Shown: one piece after another, positions 49,760 to 59,710 of the stretch
How the letters are laid out: each line of letters starts with the position of its first letter
Position numbering within the stretch: position 1 is the stretch's first letter
DNA from: an uncultured Rikenellaceae bacterium
GTDB lineage: Bacteria; Bacteroidota; Bacteroidia; Bacteroidales; VadinHA17
Length of the DNA stretch: 64,000 bases
NCBI GenBank assembly: GCA_964596715.1
Contig: CAZQVL010000005.1
Location: 10,142-74,141, forward strand
Direction: 5' to 3'
The notes under the pieces: model-generated
Seen by the model: the letters and a program-made list of their open reading frames with translations, nothing else
Told to the model about the DNA's origin: nothing
Database searches by the model: none
Translations under genes and position numbers: made by a program

Positions 49760-51490
49760 ATGCTAGAAAAAGTTGAACTAAGTTGGATAGATTATCTTAT
49801 TATGATGATCTACTTTGTATTTGTACTTGGTGTCGGTTGGTTTCTAAGGAAATACATGAAAAATGCCAATGCCTTTCTTGAAGCCGGCAGATCGATGCCT
49901 GCGTGGGTTGCCGGTCTGGCTTTTATTTCAACCAACCTTGGTGCACTTGAGGTGATGGGTATGACAGGCTCTGGTCTGAAGTATGGAATGTTAACCACCC
50001 ATTTTTACTGGATTGGTGCTATTCCGGCCATGATCTTCCTTGCCCTTTTTATGATGCCATTCTATTATGGATCAAAAGCCAGATCGGTACCTGAATACCT
50101 GAAACTAAGGTATGATGAAAAGACAAGAGGGTTGAATGCCATTCTGTTTGCTGTAATGACAATACTTGCCTCAGGGATTTCAATGTATGCACTTGCGATC
50201 TTAATGGAAAAAGTGTTAGGATGGGATTTTAACTTAAGTCTTTGGATATCAGCGGGAATAGTTCTCGTCTATACATATCTCGGTGGTCTTTCTTCTGCAA
50301 TATACAATGAGGTTTTACAATTTTTCATAATAGTAATAGGATTATTGCCACTTGTGTTCTTAAGTCTTAAAGATGTAGGCGGGTGGCTAGGTTTGAAAGA
50401 GACCTTGGCACCAATAACAACTGCTAACGGGTATGCTGCTGATACATGGACAACTACATGGAAATATACAGCTGAAGCAACCTCTAATCCCCTGGGAGTG
50501 GAATGGTTTGGAATCCTGTTTGGTTTAGGATTTGTTTTGTCATTTGGGTACTGGTGTACAAACTTTCTTATTGTGCAGAGGGCTTTCGCGGCAGAGTCAA
50601 TCACCGCTTCAAGAAAAGTACCGTTAATCGGTGCAATACCAAAAATGTTCATCCCTTTCCTGATTATTGTCCCGGGTATTATTGCCCTTGTTCTTCTTAA
50701 TGATCCCTCAAAAGGTTTCTCCCTGCCGATCGACGAAGGCGGGAAACCTATTTATGATTATACTATAATTATGCTTCTGAAACAGTATTTGCCTACTGGT
50801 GTGCTTGGCCTGGGTATTACTGCATTGCTGGCTTCATTTATGTCAGGTATGGCAGGTAACGTTTCTGCTTTTAATACAGTATGGACATATGATATTTATC
50901 AGAGTTACATACGTAAGCGTACAGATAATGAGGATGCTGATGGAAGGCATTATCTTAATGTTGGACGGGTCGCTACAATTGCGTGCGTTCTTGTGAGCAT
51001 TGGTGCTGCATATATTGCCAGCAAGTTTGGTAACATAATGGACTTCCTGCAAACAATCTTTTCACTGATCAATGCTCCCTTGTTTGCCGTAATCTTTCTT
51101 GGTATGTTCTGGAAGCGGACAACAGGCCATGCTGCTTTCACAGGATTACTGGGCGGATTTCTGCTCGCACTTCTCCATCATGGGCTTACTGCTCCGGTAG
51201 GTGCAACCACACTGTTTAAAGGAGGATGGATTGGAGTAATCCATACATATCCCGTTGAAATGGCTCAGAATTTCTGGACTGCAATTGTTGCGTTTACTGT
51301 CAGTACTTCTATTACAGTAGCATTGACTTTACTCACGAAGCAGAAGAAATCCGAGAAAGATCTGTATGGTCTGGTTTATTCTCTCACACCACGTACTGTC
51401 GAAGATGATGTTGCCTGGTATAATCGTCCGGTCGGACTTGCAGTGGTTGTAGGAGTGATTTGTGTTATTCTAAGTATTATATTCTGGTAG
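49760..51490 (+). CDS. sodium:solute symporter (SSF/SGLT-like)
   Basis: 576 aa, about 13-14 TM helices. Motifs LEAGRSMP, YLGGLSS and FWKRTT are typical of SSS-family transporters. Confidence 0.9.
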   Translation: MLEKVELSWIDYLIMMIYFVFVLGVGWFLRKYMKNANAFLEAGRSMPAWVAGLAFISTNLGALEVMGMTGSGLKYGMLTTHFYWIGAIPAMIFLALFMMPFYYGSKARSVPEYLKLRYDEKTRGLNAILFAVMTILASGISMYALAILMEKVLGWDFNLSLWISAGIVLVYTYLGGLSSAIYNEVLQFFIIVIGLLPLVFLSLKDVGGWLGLKETLAPITTANGYAADTWTTTWKYTAEATSNPLGVEWFGILFGLGFVLSFGYWCTNFLIVQRAFAAESITASRKVPLIGAIPKMFIPFLIIVPGIIALVLLNDPSKGFSLPIDEGGKPIYDYTIIMLLKQYLPTGVLGLGITALLASFMSGMAGNVSAFNTVWTYDIYQSYIRKRTDNEDADGRHYLNVGRVATIACVLVSIGAAYIASKFGNIMDFLQTIFSLINAPLFAVIFLGMFWKRTTGHAAFTGLLGGFLLALLHHGLTAPVGATTLFKGGWIGVIHTYPVEMAQNFWTAIVAFTVSTSITVALTLLTKQKKSEKDLYGLVYSLTPRTVEDDVAWYNRPVGLAVVVGVICVILSIIFW

Positions 51491-51501
51491 GAGGAAAAAA
51501 A

Positions 51502-51717
51502 ATGGTAGATATTAGATTCCCAATAGGTATTATGTTTTCAGTACTTGGAGTATTGATTACATTATTCGGTTTTATTACAATCTCAGATTCCGAGATGTAT
51601 CTTAAGTCATTTGGCATCAATGTTAACATTATTATGGGAATTGTGATGCTGATTTTTGGACTTACAATGCTGCTTATGGCATTTAGAAAGCAAAAAAAGA
51701 AATCTTTACTTCTTTAA
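51502..51717 (+). CDS. small two-TM membrane protein downstream of the symporter
   Basis: 71 aa from the ATG at 51502, preceded by AGGAGG-like TAGGAGGA (51488-51495). Two hydrophobic helices and a basic tail. Confidence 0.5.
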   Translation: MVDIRFPIGIMFSVLGVLITLFGFITISDSEMYLKSFGINVNIIMGIVMLIFGLTMLLMAFRKQKKKSLLL

Positions 51718-51726
51718 CTTGAGTTA

Positions 51727-51806
51727 ACCGCAAAGAGCGCAAAGCCTGCCTGATCCTGATACATAATGATCAGGAGGGTATAAAGGCGCAGAGGATACGC
51801 AGGGAA
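51727..51806. repeat. short GC-richer element with CGCAAAG/CGCAGAG-type heptamer repeats flanking a small hairpin
   Basis: CGCAAAG at 51729-51735 and 51738-51744. CGCAGAG at 51787-51793 and CGCAGGG at 51798-51804. Central inverted repeat CCTGATC/GATCAGG at 51749-51755 / 51768-51774. Confidence 0.35.
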
Positions 51807-51903
51807 TGCCAGATAATATTCAGGTCTGTCTTTGTATATACTTTGTTGTCGACATAAAATTCGTCTTTGTGGTTAATCATTTACCTGTAAAAACAGAAAA
51901 CCA

Positions 51904-52977
51904 ATGAACCGCAGAAAATTCATCGAGACATCCGGTGCAGCTGCCGGTGCTGCAGTGTTTGGCAGTGTGGCTCCGGCCGTAAATCCCAGTCCCCTTGCCG
52001 GTGAACAAAGAGCAGGAACGACTGGAAAGATCAAACTGGGCTTGTATTCCATTTCGTACGGAGGCATATGGTACAAGGGTACTGCCCTCTCTTTTGACGA
52101 ATTGTGCAGACGTGCAAGAGAATACGGATTTGATGGAATTGAGCTGGATAACAAGCGCCCTATGGGAAATCCAATGGACCTTGACCAGCGCAAAAGAGAA
52201 GAAATGCGTAATTCACTTGCAAAATATGGTCTGGAAATGCCCTGTGTGGCGGCTAATAACGATTTTTCCAGCCCAATGCCCGAACACAGAGCTTGTCAGC
52301 TTCTGATGGTACGCGAAACAGCTAAGCTGGCAAGTGATATGGGAGCAAAGATTGTCCGCCTCTTTGCGGCCTGGCCTGGAGTTCCGATTCACGAAAGTAC
52401 AGGCACTTATGATTTTGTACGAGATAATAGCGGTTATTTTAATTTTACTAAGCAGTATCCCTTTGTTACACGCCTGGACAGGTGGAACTTTGTTAAAGAA
52501 TGTCTTGCAGAAGCAGCAAGAATGGGTGAAGAAAATGGCATAGTTATGGCTTTACAAAACCATACTCCACTTATCAGACACTGGAAGGATACTTATGACC
52601 TGGTAAAGGAAGTAAATTCGCCCTGGCTTAAGATTTGCCTCGATCTGCCCATTTTTGAGAACCTCGATAAGGAATATGTTGCCAATGCTGTCCGCACTGT
52701 TGGAAATCTTCAGGTGCATTCACATTACGGTGGTGAATATTTCCGTGATGAAAACAAGGTAGTAAGACAGAAAGTGCTTGAACATCATTTTAGTAAACCA
52801 TTACCTGATTATGCACATTACATCGGATTGATGAATGAAATAGGGTATAACGGCTATTTTACTTTTGAACTGTGTCATCCTGTATTAAATGAGGATCATA
52901 CCCCTGCAGGTATTGAATATGTGCATGAACAGGTAAATTTTGCAAGGGAGTTTATGGCCAATATTATTAATAAATAA
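51904..52977 (+). CDS. sugar phosphate isomerase/epimerase (xylose-isomerase-like TIM barrel) with twin-arginine signal
   Basis: N-terminal MNRRKFIETSGAAAGAAVFG Tat motif. AP-endonuclease-2/xylose-isomerase-like barrel features (GFDGIEL, VRLFA, ALQNH). Confidence 0.82.
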   Translation: MNRRKFIETSGAAAGAAVFGSVAPAVNPSPLAGEQRAGTTGKIKLGLYSISYGGIWYKGTALSFDELCRRAREYGFDGIELDNKRPMGNPMDLDQRKREEMRNSLAKYGLEMPCVAANNDFSSPMPEHRACQLLMVRETAKLASDMGAKIVRLFAAWPGVPIHESTGTYDFVRDNSGYFNFTKQYPFVTRLDRWNFVKECLAEAARMGEENGIVMALQNHTPLIRHWKDTYDLVKEVNSPWLKICLDLPIFENLDKEYVANAVRTVGNLQVHSHYGGEYFRDENKVVRQKVLEHHFSKPLPDYAHYIGLMNEIGYNGYFTFELCHPVLNEDHTPAGIEYVHEQVNFAREFMANIINK

Positions 52978-53058
52978 CTGTTTTTTCAAACCAGACTTAA
53001 ATAAGCATAAAACCTGCTCTTATATTTAAAGAGGGTAGTGCATAAAGTATACGGGTGT

Positions 53059-54105
53059 ATGAAAGAAAAACAAATAAAAAGAGGATTTGCCAGTGATAAT
53101 AACGCAGGAGTTCACCCTGAAATATTAAAGGAGCTTACTTCAATAAATAAGGGCCACACAATAGGCTATGGTTCTGATATTTATACTGAAAAGGCGGAGC
53201 AGATTTTTAGAGAACAGTTCGGACCCGATACAGATACATTTTTTGTGTTTACCGGTACAGCTGCAAATGTGCTTGGTTTAAGTACGATTACTCGTCCATG
53301 GAATAGTATTATCACAGCATTTTCTGCTCATATTGAGCAGGACGAATGTGGTGCTCCTGAAAAATTTACAGGATGTAAAGTACTTACAGTTGATACTTCA
53401 AATGGTAAGATAAGTATTGAATTGCTTGAAAAACACATTCATGGTTTTGATTTTGAACACCATTCTCAACCCAAAGTCATTTCAATCACACAGGCAACCG
53501 AAATGGGAACTGTTTATACACCTGATGAAATAAAAAAGCTGGCGGATTTTTCACATGAAAAAGGGTTGCTAATGCATATGGATGGTGCACGTATAGCTAA
53601 TGCTGCAGTTTCTCTTGATGTTCCGTTTAAAGCATTTACAACCGACGCAGGAGTTGATGTTCTGTCTTTTGGGGGAACCAAGAATGGAATGATGTTCGGA
53701 GAAGCTGTATGTTTCTTAAAACCTGATCTTTCAAAGGATTTTAAGTATATCAGAAAGCAGGGGATGCATCTTGCTTCAAAGATGAGATTCATCTCAGCGC
53801 AGTTTATTGTGTATTTCCAGAATGATCTCTGGAAAGAATGTGCTGCTCACTCCAATGAAATGGCCAGACTTCTGGCAAAACATCTTCAGAAGATTACCAG
53901 GATAAGAATAACACAGCCTGTAGAATCAAATGGTGTTTTTGTGATCATACCCCGTGAAGTGGCAGAGAAAATTCAAAAACAATATTTTTTCTACCCATGG
54001 AATGAGAAAACCTGCGAGTACAGACTTATGACAAGCTGGGATACTACGGAAGAAGACATTAAAGACTTTATATTTCTTCTTAAGAAACACCTGGGAAGTT
54101 TGTGA
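53059..54105 (+). CDS. ltaE: low-specificity threonine aldolase / beta-eliminating lyase family PLP enzyme
   Basis: FASDNNAGVHPE, GTAANV, and the PLP-Lys context FGGTKNG. ATG at 53059 is preferred over GTG at 53038. Confidence 0.82.
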   Translation: MKEKQIKRGFASDNNAGVHPEILKELTSINKGHTIGYGSDIYTEKAEQIFREQFGPDTDTFFVFTGTAANVLGLSTITRPWNSIITAFSAHIEQDECGAPEKFTGCKVLTVDTSNGKISIELLEKHIHGFDFEHHSQPKVISITQATEMGTVYTPDEIKKLADFSHEKGLLMHMDGARIANAAVSLDVPFKAFTTDAGVDVLSFGGTKNGMMFGEAVCFLKPDLSKDFKYIRKQGMHLASKMRFISAQFIVYFQNDLWKECAAHSNEMARLLAKHLQKITRIRITQPVESNGVFVIIPREVAEKIQKQYFFYPWNEKTCEYRLMTSWDTTEEDIKDFIFLLKKHLGSL

Positions 54106-54160
54106 CCGGGTGTGACTTGAGACCTTGTGATCAAACGTCATTAATCTGATCCGGCAGAAA

Positions 54161-54196
54161 AAAAGCCGGATGGGTCAGATCCGGCTTTTATTTTTA
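54161..54196. terminator. bidirectional rho-independent terminator between the convergent ltaE-like and tonB genes
   Basis: Stem AAAAGCCGGAT / ATCCGGCTTTT (54161-54171 / 54179-54189) with a 7-nt loop. Flanked by an A-run upstream and a T-run downstream. Confidence 0.75.
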
Positions 54197-54211
54197 TAAT
54201 TGTAAAAAGGA

Positions 54212-55003
54212 TTATTTGAGCGTGAAGGTGATTGGTACCATGAACCATACCGGTACAGGTTTTCCACCTTGTCTGCCTGGTCTGAATGTAGGAAGGGTTG
54301 AAACAACTCTCTTGGCTTCTTCATCAAGTTCAGGATCAACACCCTTGAGTACTGATATTTGATTAACAGTACCTTTTGAAGTTACACAGAATCTGATTAT
54401 AACTCTACCCTGGATATTATTTTCCTTGGCTACCTCAGGATATTGGGTGTTTTGAGAAATATACTCCAGCAATGCAGCTTCGCCACCCGGGAACATAGGC
54501 ATCTCTTCGACAACAACAAATGGTTCCGGTTCGGGTTCTTCCTCCTGGATTTCCTCTTTGACTTCTTCCTGAAAAATAAAAATTTCATCAACTGCGCGGT
54601 CCACAACCTCAATCTGCGCTTCATCAACAGTCATGAGCTGTGTCATTTCCTCAGGTTTAATTGTGTCGACGACCACCGGAGGAACGTATCTATTCTGTTG
54701 AACTACATCCGAAGGGGGAGGCGGAGGGGGAGGCGGAGGAGCAACAGTTTCAGATGGCTGATCCAGATTTTCCATCTTGATCTCTACCTGTACTTCTTCA
54801 CGTGCCTGTCTTTGATCCTCCATAGCTTTTGCGTTCAGATAAGGAGTAATTACGGCAGTAGCAATTATAATAATTCCAATAATCATTGAAATAATCAACG
54901 TTCTGGAATATTTCTTCCGCATTTTGTAAGCCCCGTATTCCTTATTCCTGTTTTCAAAGACTATCTCATCGAATCCAGGTGCTCTAATTTTTTGTTTTGC
55001 CAT
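54212..55003 (-). CDS. tonB: energy transducer TonB
   Basis: N-terminal TM helix, PPPPPPPPPS proline spacer, and C-terminal TonB domain (YPEVAKENNIQGRVIIRF ... GGKPV). Confidence 0.88.
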   Translation of the reverse strand: MAKQKIRAPGFDEIVFENRNKEYGAYKMRKKYSRTLIISMIIGIIIIATAVITPYLNAKAMEDQRQAREEVQVEIKMENLDQPSETVAPPPPPPPPPSDVVQQNRYVPPVVVDTIKPEEMTQLMTVDEAQIEVVDRAVDEIFIFQEEVKEEIQEEEPEPEPFVVVEEMPMFPGGEAALLEYISQNTQYPEVAKENNIQGRVIIRFCVTSKGTVNQISVLKGVDPELDEEAKRVVSTLPTFRPGRQGGKPVPVWFMVPITFTLK

Positions 55004-55023
55004 AACTGTACATGTTTAATGGT

Positions 55024-55692
55024 TTAATTCAGGGTTGAACCTGTCGTACCTGAGGAGGATCCAATTGCTGCTTCAATCATATCATCTTCATACCATGCAA
55101 TATCAACAACTGTATAACGGGCAATTCCACAGATATTCATCTCATCAAGAATATCCACGAAATTGCCGTATGTGGATTCCTTGGAAGCTTTTATAAGGAC
55201 AATCGGACCAGTATCATCATCTTTTTTCAACTGGCTTATTGAGCTTTGAACAGAATCCTGGGATATTCTAAGCCTTCCGGTAATAACTTCCTGTTCAAAA
55301 TCATCTATCTTTTTGAACAGGGCTATGTTTCTCTCAAGGAGTAATTGCCGGATACCATCAGGTCCGAAATTAGTCTCAAATACCGGAGGCAGGGCATTGT
55401 AATCCTCAGGTTTTACCGATCCCGGGTACCAGAAAATTTTATTATCAGGGCCGAGCATTATATTCACAGTTCGGCTTCCCGGGATCTTTGGAGGTTCAGC
55501 GTTTGGATCTTTAATCTTCTCCGGAAGAATAATCTCCATTATTTTTGCTTTGCTGAAAGCAGATGTAAGCATGAAAAACACGATAAGCAGACACATAAGG
55601 TCAACCATCGGTGTCATGTCTATATGCGGAGGATGTTTCTTTGTCCTCTTTTTCGCACCTTTTCCTTTTTCCTCTTGAATAATTTCTGCCAT
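55024..55692 (-). CDS. exbD: biopolymer transporter ExbD/TolR family
   Basis: IDMTPMVDLMCLLIVFFM anchor motif. Confidence 0.88.
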   Translation of the reverse strand: MAEIIQEEKGKGAKKRTKKHPPHIDMTPMVDLMCLLIVFFMLTSAFSKAKIMEIILPEKIKDPNAEPPKIPGSRTVNIMLGPDNKIFWYPGSVKPEDYNALPPVFETNFGPDGIRQLLLERNIALFKKIDDFEQEVITGRLRISQDSVQSSISQLKKDDDTGPIVLIKASKESTYGNFVDILDEMNICGIARYTVVDIAWYEDDMIEAAIGSSSGTTGSTLN

Positions 55693-55693
55693 A

Positions 55694-56335
55694 TTACTGT
55701 ATTGTTTCTTCTTCTAATTTTACTTCAGTTGCTTCGAGATTAGTAATCAGATTAAACCTGTTAACATTTTTCTCCTGAAGAACATCAAGAACCTTTTTCA
55801 CTATAGGAAATTCTGTGTTTGCGTCTCCTTTGATGTAGGCTTCGACATTCGGATTTATCTGACGGGCGTAAAGTATCCAGTTAGCGAGCTGGTTATCAAG
55901 CGAATCAACCGGGATTCCTGTTTGCAAAGCTGCTTTTTCGGAAGCATCAGTTGCTGCAAAAAAAGCTTTCATGTTCTCAATAGGCACACCTATTGAAGAG
56001 GGATACTTCTGAAACATTTTCAATTCATCCTCAGTGAACTCAATACCATAATGGTTACCCATTTCGGTTAGTATTTTTGGTCTGAACCGTATTAAGGTAT
56101 CAGGTCCGTCATCAACATTGAAAAATACTCTGCCGTCATTTGACAGTACAACTGTCATCATATCAAAGTTTGGTTTAGGTTTTTCTGATATTGAATAAGG
56201 TGTATCAACAGGAGCCGGTTCCTGAGCCCTGAAGGTTGTTGTCATCATAAGGAATATCAGAACAACCGAAAACAGGTCAACCATCGGCGTCATGTCGATT
56301 CGTGGCGACTTTGTTGGTAATTTAATTTTTGGCAT
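55694..56335 (-). CDS. exbD: biopolymer transporter ExbD/TolR family (second paralog)
   Basis: IDMTPMVDLFSVVLIFLM anchor motif. 1-nt gap to the downstream exbD. Confidence 0.88.
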   Translation of the reverse strand: MPKIKLPTKSPRIDMTPMVDLFSVVLIFLMMTTTFRAQEPAPVDTPYSISEKPKPNFDMMTVVLSNDGRVFFNVDDGPDTLIRFRPKILTEMGNHYGIEFTEDELKMFQKYPSSIGVPIENMKAFFAATDASEKAALQTGIPVDSLDNQLANWILYARQINPNVEAYIKGDANTEFPIVKKVLDVLQEKNVNRFNLITNLEATEVKLEEETIQ

Positions 56336-56370
56336 TTCAGGTTATATTAAATAATTATAAACCAGATAAT

Positions 56371-57186
56371 TTAGCCTTTCAGTGATTCAGCAAAAGTCTG
56401 AGTCAGACTGAATCCGGCTTCATCAATTTTAAATGTATAACCATCGACTGTTGATGAGAAATAATTGAAGGCTATAATTGCTAATGTTGATCCGGTGATA
56501 CCGAATGCGGTGTTAACAAGAGCTTCTGAAATACCTGTTGCCAGAGCCAGAGCATCGGGAGCACCAGCATGTGCAAGAGCAGCAAATGCACGGATCATAC
56601 CAAGCACCGTTCCAATAAGACCAATCAACACTGAAATAGAAGCAAGGGTTGAAAAGATAACCATGTTTCTTCCTAACATCGGTAATTCGAGAGCTGTAGC
56701 TTCCTCGAAGGTTTTTTGAATTGAAAGGATCTTCTGGTCTTTTTCCAGTTCTTTATCACCCTGCAGTTCGCGGTAACGGAGTAAACCGGCTTTCATAACA
56801 TTTGCTAGCGAGCCTTTTTGCTTATCACAGGCATTCATGGCTTCTTCAATTTTATCCTCAGTAAGAAGATTCTGAAGATTCCGTACAAATGAATTTAACC
56901 TGCCTTTTCCTTTTGCTCTTGACAGGGTAATAATTCTTTCAAATACGAAGATGACAAGTGTTAAAACACAGGTCATAAGAATAGGTACAATGTATCCTCC
57001 TTTGTAGACAATACCCAGGTAGTTGCCCGGAAGGGGAGAGCCATGGGGATTACCGCCTTCGAAGTTTACAGGATTACCCATGATTTTCACGAACAAAACA
57101 TAAGAAACAATAAAAGCTATTAAAATAGCACTTGTTGCAAAAACATTCTGCAACGCTTCTTTGAGAGAACTTCCTTTTTTACTCAT
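56371..57186 (-). CDS. exbB: MotA/TolQ/ExbB proton channel protein
   Basis: Three TM helices. IGLIGTVLGMIRAF motif. Confidence 0.9.
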   Translation of the reverse strand: MSKKGSSLKEALQNVFATSAILIAFIVSYVLFVKIMGNPVNFEGGNPHGSPLPGNYLGIVYKGGYIVPILMTCVLTLVIFVFERIITLSRAKGKGRLNSFVRNLQNLLTEDKIEEAMNACDKQKGSLANVMKAGLLRYRELQGDKELEKDQKILSIQKTFEEATALELPMLGRNMVIFSTLASISVLIGLIGTVLGMIRAFAALAHAGAPDALALATGISEALVNTAFGITGSTLAIIAFNYFSSTVDGYTFKIDEAGFSLTQTFAESLKG

Positions 57187-57227
57187 TTTTTATCGATTTG
57201 TTTAGGTTTAAGTTTTCTTTCGATTTG

Positions 57228-57235
57228 CAAATATA
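57228..57235 (-). promoter_or_regulatory. candidate -7 element (TATATTTG on minus strand) for exbB-exbD-exbD-tonB
   Basis: Plus strand reads CAAATATA, 42-49 nt upstream of the exbB ATG at 57186. Confidence 0.45.
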
Positions 57236-57382
57236 TATTATGAATTGGTTTTTTCCAATAGGTAATAAATATTATATGGATTTTTAAGCTTTTACAATAA
57301 CATTATCCTTTAAAAAGACCGTCAAATCACCATATACCCTATATGCTTTCTATTGATAAATATTTAAAAATTTAAGTAATTT

Positions 57383-59650
57383 TTATTTCTCAAGACTCAC
57401 ATTATAGGTTCTTGACTTTGTTATTGGAATTTCTTTAGTAACGTATCCCTTTGCACTGATGATAAGAATTTCGGAACCCTGGGGAATTTCAAATTTATAT
57501 TCTCCTTTGGAATTTGCCAGGTTCTCGGCAGCTGTATCCTTAACCCTTATTGACGCATAAGGAATTGGTTGTCCTGATGCAGCCTCCCTTATAACACCTT
57601 TGATTTCATTCGGATTAATACCTTTTCTGACAGATGTCTGGTAATCCCGCAGATATCTCATTGTGCTTCTTGCCGAAGCATTTGCCGGATCTATAGTCAG
57701 AATCTTATTGTAAGCATCGATTGCTCTGTTAAGAATTGCCAGTTTTCCCTCAAGGGTCTGTTCATTCCTTGCGATTTCAGTTTCAACTGACCCGATTCCA
57801 AAATATCCTCTTACTTTATTCTCATTATTATTTGGATCGAGGTTAATCATGCGGTTATAATATTCCTTTGATTTACTGAAATTATTCTTGGTCATATGAT
57901 AATAACCAAGATAATTAAAGGCTTCCATCATCTGATCTGCGTATTTAACATTATCAGCTTCGGCTTTTTCCACGACCATTTCAAATTTTGGTCTGGCCAG
58001 CCCCTGTTTTGAATCGGGATCCATCCTTGAATATGTTCTGGCTATCATTACGTAAGCTGGAATGTAATCTGGTGATCTCTTGACAATAATATTAAAGACA
58101 GAATCAGCAGTTTCGTATTTTTCTGCCGTGTAATATGCTCTGCCAATCTGCATATAATCTTCATCGCTGTCCTTACCTAAACTTATCATCTTAATCCAGG
58201 TTTCGGCAGCGCCCTCATATCTCTTGTAGTTATAGTAGTTTGTCGCTATTTCACTCAGGACTGCTCTGTCTTCTGGATTGAAGGTCAGTAATTTATCATA
58301 TGCGGAGAATGCCCTTTCAATTTCAGGATCGGCTTCTTTGATATTGCTTTCGAGTTCATTGATCCTGGTTGTAAGCTCATCGATTGTAACTTTGATTTTT
58401 GCCCTTCCAGAAGATGTGTTAGCTGCTGTATATCTTGATCTTTCTCTTTCCAGCCGAGGTTTAAGATTATTAAGTTCGTCAACCATTTTGGGATAGTCCT
58501 GATGCTTTTTTAGCAGGATCCTTGCCAGATAATGGTAGTCTTTTTTTAGGATACGCTCTGCTGCCACCGTTTTAAAAAGTGTTTCCATATAAGCCAGAGC
58601 TTTATCATAGTCGGCATCTTCCTTCTCATAGCACGAATATCCTGCCAGACGATTTATATAGCTATAGGACTGGTCAATAGCAAGTATCTCCTCGACATTC
58701 CTGATTACCTCATCATAATCATTGGCGTAGAAAAGTGAGTTTACATACCTGATCTTTGCAGGGATATTCCCGGCAGTCAGTTCAAGATATTTCTTATAAT
58801 TTGCCTTTGATTCTTCAAGACGGCCGGCTTTCCAGTAAAGCTCTCCCAATTCACGATATGCAGGGGCATATTCGGGATTCAGTGTTATAGCCTCCTCGAA
58901 GCGTGGGATTGCTGAATTAAGAACACGTCCTTTTACATAAATACTGCCTATCTTCATATTTGCAGTTGGTGATTCCGGATCATAGTACTGCGCCTGGTTA
59001 TAATTCATGATTGCATTGGATCCGTCATTAACAAGTATATATATATCACCAGCTATAAGATAGATATCTTTATTTTTGCTATCAATCGTCAAAGCCTGCC
59101 TGATTAACGGCAAAGCTTTCGAAGTGTCAACTTTTCCATTTTTTATGTAAGACTCAGCAATCTTGGCCAGAGCAAATGCATATTCTTGTGCGGGTGGCTG
59201 AATCCTTCTGAGATTTTTGTAAGGCAGAAGGTAACTTTTAGCCTTTGCCCTCATTTCTTCTGCGGTTTTGTCATCACCAAGATAATATGCAACTTTTGCT
59301 AAACCGACATAATTCAGTGGATCACTGGGATTTGCCTCAACTCCTTTCTGAAATATTTCTTTTGCTTCATTTGCGGATATAGGAAGTGATTTGGAAATTG
59401 TATCAGCAAAATAATCCAATAGATAATTTTCTCCCAGATAAAAACAATTTTTACTGTTTGCAGGTTCTTTTTCTATTAACTGATTTAATAATGTTTCAGC
59501 TTCATCATATTTTTCACTTCTCATCAGCAGAATTGCAGAATTCAAATCCTGTCCCCGTATACTGTTTGTCATAAGGAGTAAAAAGATACCTGCCTGTAAA
59601 AAAACTGATCTGAAAATTGAACGTTTCATAACTTTATTATTTAGTATCAT
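57383..59650 (-). CDS. TPR-repeat protein with C-terminal carboxypeptidase-regulatory-like domain
   Basis: Signal peptide (probable start Met8 at 59629), many TPR units, and a C-terminal IKGVIREAASGQPIPYASIRV ... GEYKFEIPQG (CarboxypepD_reg-like). Confidence 0.75.
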   Translation of the reverse strand: MILNNKVMKRSIFRSVFLQAGIFLLLMTNSIRGQDLNSAILLMRSEKYDEAETLLNQLIEKEPANSKNCFYLGENYLLDYFADTISKSLPISANEAKEIFQKGVEANPSDPLNYVGLAKVAYYLGDDKTAEEMRAKAKSYLLPYKNLRRIQPPAQEYAFALAKIAESYIKNGKVDTSKALPLIRQALTIDSKNKDIYLIAGDIYILVNDGSNAIMNYNQAQYYDPESPTANMKIGSIYVKGRVLNSAIPRFEEAITLNPEYAPAYRELGELYWKAGRLEESKANYKKYLELTAGNIPAKIRYVNSLFYANDYDEVIRNVEEILAIDQSYSYINRLAGYSCYEKEDADYDKALAYMETLFKTVAAERILKKDYHYLARILLKKHQDYPKMVDELNNLKPRLERERSRYTAANTSSGRAKIKVTIDELTTRINELESNIKEADPEIERAFSAYDKLLTFNPEDRAVLSEIATNYYNYKRYEGAAETWIKMISLGKDSDEDYMQIGRAYYTAEKYETADSVFNIIVKRSPDYIPAYVMIARTYSRMDPDSKQGLARPKFEMVVEKAEADNVKYADQMMEAFNYLGYYHMTKNNFSKSKEYYNRMINLDPNNNENKVRGYFGIGSVETEIARNEQTLEGKLAILNRAIDAYNKILTIDPANASARSTMRYLRDYQTSVRKGINPNEIKGVIREAASGQPIPYASIRVKDTAAENLANSKGEYKFEIPQGSEILIISAKGYVTKEIPITKSRTYNVSLEK

Positions 59651-59662
59651 TTGTTATTCTGT

Positions 59663-59710
59663 TTGGTTTATTAATTGGTTTATTAATTGGTTTATTAATT
59701 GGTTTATTAA
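59663..59710. repeat. perfect tandem repeat, 12-bp unit GGTTTATTAATT x about 4
   Basis: Copies at 59665-59676, 59677-59688 and 59689-59700, plus a partial copy at 59701-59710. Lies 13 nt upstream of the TPR ORF start and downstream of the PstS-like gene stop. Confidence 0.9.

Noticed and set aside
54443-54889. 148-aa plus-strand ORF with an RRGRRRGRRRS tract
   Set aside because: It is antisense to tonB. The Arg/Gly run is simply the complement of the TonB poly-proline codons.
59663-59710. Possible CRISPR array or minisatellite-encoded peptide
   Set aside because: The units are only 12 bp, directly abutting with no spacers, and no cas genes are present. An in-frame TAA blocks translation into the downstream ORF. 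It is kept only as a tandem repeat.
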